A stretch of 64,000 bases of DNA, from the IMG/VR virus record IMGVR_UViG_2663763079_000004, positions 1 to 64,000 of that record; one strand, given 5' to 3'. Position numbers and translations under genes: made by a program. This document shows positions 60,696-64,000 of the stretch, in pieces. The notes under the pieces are model-generated. The model saw only the letters and a program-made list of their open reading frames with translations, was not told the origin of the DNA and made no database searches. Source of the stretch: an uncultured virus (IMG/VR IMGVR_UViG_2663763079_000004) (taxonomy: Duplodnaviria > Heunggongvirae > Uroviricota > Caudoviricetes). The stretch's first letter is position 1, and each line of letters opens with the position of its first letter.

Positions 60696-61523
60696 TCAGG
60701 CCTTGAAATTACCGATAAAGGTATCTACCGGCTTGTTATTGAACTGAGCGACCAACAAATCGCGGAATTCGTTAGCCATTTCTTCTTCCTGTGCTTCGAG
60801 TTGAACGATCCGCAGCACAAATACTGGTTCGCCACTTTTAAGAAGGCTATTACGAAGACTAAATCGGCGTTCGCCGAGGCCTTCGTAAGGGATGCACTTA
60901 AATTCGAATGCGACCGGCATTACATCTTTGCTGCTCGCTTCAACACTTTGCATCAGAGATTTTTTACCGGCGAAATCACTATCTTCGTGGTCGGCCTGAT
61001 TAGTCTGCTGGATAGTCACACGACGAACAGCCAGTGCCGCTTTGGAGATATCCATGGTTGTCCCTTCAGCATCGAAAGCGAGCAAGAAATCGCTCCAGTC
61101 TTCGAGCCATTCGGCAATTTGTTTCTGGCTCAGGCGATCGCCATTGATTGCGAGCAACGCCCGGAAAGGTGCTGTTTTTTTGAGGCGGATAGACGCTACG
61201 TTGTCTGCATGTCCGGGTTCGTCCAAGGAACCGATGTTAAACACAGCACGGGCTGACATACTCTCTGCGTCGATGAAACAACGGGCTGGGGTATCAGTAA
61301 CGGCATAGCCAACTGAATAACGAACGAAATCGGTAATGCTGGTTGTTTCCAGAGCACCACGGAAGCGGAAGCGGTTGAGGTTAAAGCGCTCAAGGCTTTC
61401 AATACCGTACCCAGATGGCAACATAACCGTAGGACAATGGGTAACTTTCAGCTCCTGAGTGTGGACCGCGGCAAGAGTCAGTTCCTGAATTTTCTCGATA
61501 GCATTGCCGTTTAATTGTGACAT
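60696..61523 (-). CDS. YfdQ / DUF2303 protein
   Basis: RFRFRG..GHADN..AEWLEDW..CIPYEGL. Confidence 0.85.
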   Translation of the reverse strand: MSQLNGNAIEKIQELTLAAVHTQELKVTHCPTVMLPSGYGIESLERFNLNRFRFRGALETTSITDFVRYSVGYAVTDTPARCFIDAESMSARAVFNIGSLDEPGHADNVASIRLKKTAPFRALLAINGDRLSQKQIAEWLEDWSDFLLAFDAEGTTMDISKAALAVRRVTIQQTNQADHEDSDFAGKKSLMQSVEASSKDVMPVAFEFKCIPYEGLGERRFSLRNSLLKSGEPVFVLRIVQLEAQEEEMANEFRDLLVAQFNNKPVDTFIGNFKA

Positions 61524-61569
61524 AGGTTTTCCTTAAAGATTTACGGTTAAAGAGAAGGTCGGTCGCAGC

Positions 61570-61941
61570 TTATTTAGCTGCCCGTAGCTTTCCATCAGGA
61601 TCGCCAGCGAGGTTAAACAGGTTGCCCTGATCTTCCTGCAGGATCGTGAGCTTCCCGCCTTTGTTGACCCACATTGGTGTTTCGGTGGTGTCCTCTTCGG
61701 ACGCTTTGCCGCGTGGGGTAGGGGTGCTGTAATTCAGGCGGTGTTTGATCTTGACGCGCTTCTCTTCGACAGAGTTGCCCATACGCTCAAAATCAAATGT
61801 GAGAACTACCTTGCCTTTGTTGCCGTTGTTCAGAACGCCGAGTGCGGTGGTATTGAGAGCCGCCGCTATCTTGTTCATGAATACGCCGGCGTCAAGTTCG
61901 CCCAGAAAATCGGGCACGACTGTCATGCGATCATTACTCAT
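61570..61941 (-). CDS. YfdP-like protein
   Basis: FLGELDAGVF..PTPRGKASEEDTTETPMWVNKGG. Confidence 0.8.
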   Translation of the reverse strand: MSNDRMTVVPDFLGELDAGVFMNKIAAALNTTALGVLNNGNKGKVVLTFDFERMGNSVEEKRVKIKHRLNYSTPTPRGKASEEDTTETPMWVNKGGKLTILQEDQGNLFNLAGDPDGKLRAAK

Positions 61942-61988
61942 GGTTTTATCCTCAGAAAAGGCGGCTGCCACCGCCGGAGCTTTCTCCA

Positions 61989-62656
61989 TACACAACACAC
62001 AAGAGCACCTGCGGCTGCAATCCGCCCGGGTGGATTGGGTTATGAGCCCGTCGCCCGGTGATGCTCTTGTGTCTTGTGTAAAAAGGGCGGTACCAGAAAC
62101 AAAGGGAAACTGGCACCGCCAAAACTTCACACAGCTTTCGTTACAGGTACTACGGGTTACCACGCTGGCTACGTGATGGGGTTGTGACACCAGGTCGCTA
62201 ATCTGCTTACTTCCCGCCGCTCTGTTTTGGTATTGGCAACCAGTTAATGTTGCTCAGTCGATTTCCGGGTCTTTGCGTAGACCGGCGCTGCAGTACGCTT
62301 GTACACGTCACAACGAGGAGAGCACTGATACGATTAGCTATTGCGTTCGGATCGGCTTACGGCTTGTGTGTTTGCCCGTTCACCGCCAATGCTCTCATCT
62401 GTTGCGTCCCGGACTCTTCCCGGGCGTCACACCTTTTCGCCACGCTGGTGGGGCGCACGTCGTGCCTGAAACACTTAGCTTGCACATTCTTCCGGAATTC
62501 CTGAGAGCGCATGGATAAAGGTAACTCTCTGGCGGCTCACGCTGCATGTGCCATACAGCGGTTGCGAATATTGCCGTTCACAACTGGAAGCGCACTCCTT
62601 CAGTAACAAACCAGTCCCCACGACCGATGGAAGATGGAATGCGCTTTCATGTTGCG
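61989..62656. repeat. Three related long hairpins (CACAAC..GCA / TGC..TTG[CT]G) with unrelated interiors
   Basis: 61989-62080, 62309-62406, 62579-62656. Confidence 0.7.
62080..62130 (-). ncRNA. DicF-like small RNA / terminator hairpin
   Basis: Minus strand TTTTGGCGGTGCCAGTTTCCCTTTGTTTCTGGTACCGCCCTTTTT; ends resemble DicF as recalled, loop differs. Confidence 0.55.
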
Positions 62657-62781
62657 TGCCTGCTTTTACCCACATCAGGCGAGGTGGATCCTGGTTATTC
62701 CACAACAACAAGGATTCGGGTAATCTGGATGACTCTGGTCTAATTGGTTGAAATAAAGTGGAACTACTTTCTTTAAGGAAT

Positions 62782-63273
62782 ATGCTTTTATCTTTGGCAT
62801 TGATACTTCCGATGGCGTCAAACGCTTCTGATGCTTCAGACCAACCAAGCAGTAGTCTAAGTGATGGCGTTGAAACCTTTTCAATTGCCTGCTTTGGTAT
62901 GCCTCAACAGACAACTATCGATATGGATGCATGCTTAGGGGCTCAATTGACTCAGGTTGAATGGGTTAAGGACAAGTACCTGGTAACAGCCCAAAATCGT
63001 TTAAAACAAGACAATAAAGATGACCCTCAGCATCTACAGGAACTGACCACTGCTTTTGAGGCTGAAAATAAAGCATGGACTGATTTAATCGAGAGAGCTT
63101 CGGCGTCAGTGAAAGTTGATTATGCCGGCGGCACGATCGTTGGTTCGGAAGTTACAACACGCAAAATTGGTCTGTATGAATTACAAGTGCATGATATCTG
63201 GGAGCACTGGTTGCGATTTGAGGATTCAACACCTCCACTGTTACCAGAACCCAAGTTTAAATCTGACCAATAG
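62782..63273 (+). CDS. Exported DUF1311 / LprI-like protein (moron)
   Basis: Signal peptide; C..QTTIDMDAC..AENKAW pattern; antisense to pL operon. Confidence 0.7.
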   Translation: MLLSLALILPMASNASDASDQPSSSLSDGVETFSIACFGMPQQTTIDMDACLGAQLTQVEWVKDKYLVTAQNRLKQDNKDDPQHLQELTTAFEAENKAWTDLIERASASVKVDYAGGTIVGSEVTTRKIGLYELQVHDIWEHWLRFEDSTPPLLPEPKFKSDQ

Positions 63274-63282
63274 TCATCCAGA

Positions 63283-63294
63283 TTGTTAAAGAGC
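63283..63294 (-). promoter_or_regulatory. boxA antitermination element
   Basis: GCTCTTTAACAA on minus strand downstream of pL. Confidence 0.65.
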
Positions 63295-63331
63295 TAAGCG
63301 TCCTACGGGGCGCTTTTTTCATATCTGCGAA

Positions 63332-63396
63332 TCATCCCGGTCTTCGTATGCCCCGGTCGGCTACTTCGTGGGCGTCCTGCCTGTTCGCTGTCGATG
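63332..63396 (-). ncRNA. Conserved pL leader RNA motif (prophage 2 copy)
   Basis: GGCAGGACGCCCACGAAGTAGCCGACCGGGGCATACGAAGACCGGGATGA. Confidence 0.5.
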
Positions 63397-63400
63397 GATT

Positions 63401-63475
63401 AATAATACAGATAAAACTGTTAATTCGTCAACAGTCAAAACTGTTTTTAGTGGTGGTGTTTACTATAAAAACTGT
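63401..63475 (-). promoter_or_regulatory. pL / oL of prophage 2
   Basis: TTGACG..TATTAT on minus strand; operator-like ACAGATAAAACTGT, ACAGTCAAAACTGT, ACTATAAAAACTGT. Confidence 0.7.
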
Positions 63476-63544
63476 AATTTATTGTTTTTTATGAAACTAA
63501 AGACGTAAAAAAACCGGCGCTGGCCGGTTCATGTGAGGAAGGAT

Positions 63545-64000
63545 TTACCTTTTTCGCCTGTAAATTCTATGTTCGACCATTACGCCGATAATTTTCAACG
63601 GGCGTTCAGAGCTATTAATGGTGGGGTAGTCGTCATTGAGGGGGACCAGTTCATATTGCTGGCGGCCTGAAATATCAGTAAATGTAGGACGGTATTTTTT
63701 AAAAGTAGCTTCATTATCACCATTTTTAGCAACAACAAACTCGCCCGGAACTGGCTCTAACTCTGGATCAACAATGATAATATCGCCTTCTTTAAAGTCA
63801 GGCTCCATTGAATCACCTTCTATCCTTAGTGCAAAAGTAAACTCAGAAATATCAATGTCTGTCATGATGTATTCGAAGCTACCATCAAATGCATCAATAG
63901 GGTTTTTTTCTGCTAATGCCCCAGCTTGGACGTAACTGATCAAAGGCACTTTCCTTGAATTCACATCGGCAAGAGCCATGAAAGGCCCACCGTTCATCAA
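63545..64000 (-). CDS. cI: CI repressor, C-terminal S24 peptidase part (5' end outside window)
   Basis: VQAG cleavage site, GDSMEP, ATFKKY. Confidence 0.92.
   Translation of the reverse strand: MMNGGPFMALADVNSRKVPLISYVQAGALAEKNPIDAFDGSFEYIMTDIDISEFTFALRIEGDSMEPDFKEGDIIIVDPELEPVPGEFVVAKNGDNEATFKKYRPTFTDISGRQQYELVPLNDDYPTINSSERPLKIIGVMVEHRIYRRKR

Larger units (their letters stand above)
55805..64000. mobile_element. Lambdoid prophage 2 at icd (left arm; continues beyond window)
   Basis: icd 3' copy, int, xis, pL operon, cI. Confidence 0.92.

Noticed and set aside
60684..61256. 190-aa plus-strand ORF
   Set aside because: Antisense to the conserved yfdQ-like gene; no independent support
61989..62656. 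CRISPR array
   Set aside because: Units are inverted stems with irregular spacing, not constant direct repeats; no cas genes

Overview
Two lambdoid prophages lie in tandem at the icd (isocitrate dehydrogenase) attachment site of an enterobacterium, probably Klebsiella (inferred from gene content and IS903). Prophage 1 (1 to ~55.8 kb; its left att is outside the window) is nearly complete. It has int/xis, a pL operon, a short non-cleavable repressor with cro and cII-like genes, replication genes, a LexA-boxed dinI operon, a Q-like gene, phage-21-type lysis genes, an HK97-like head and a lambda-like tail with a giant 4197-aa multi-module J protein. It looks defective: terL is split by IS903 and the exonuclease gene has an internal deletion. 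Its cargo includes a ~1960-aa DUF4011-helicase-nuclease (Hhe-type) anti-phage gene between inverted boundary elements, and a low-GC diguanylate cyclase + EAL phosphodiesterase + membrane-protein module. A duplicated icd 3' end (55805-55968) marks the junction to prophage 2, whose int/xis, pL operon and cI C-terminus fill the rest of the window. The least-explained signals are non-coding: three copies of a 110-130 nt structured RNA motif with conserved arms and variable middles, a pL-leader RNA motif and a moron slot shared by both prophages, and an ~800-bp hairpin array with a DicF-like sRNA. Family names come from motif recognition and recall; no database search was run.
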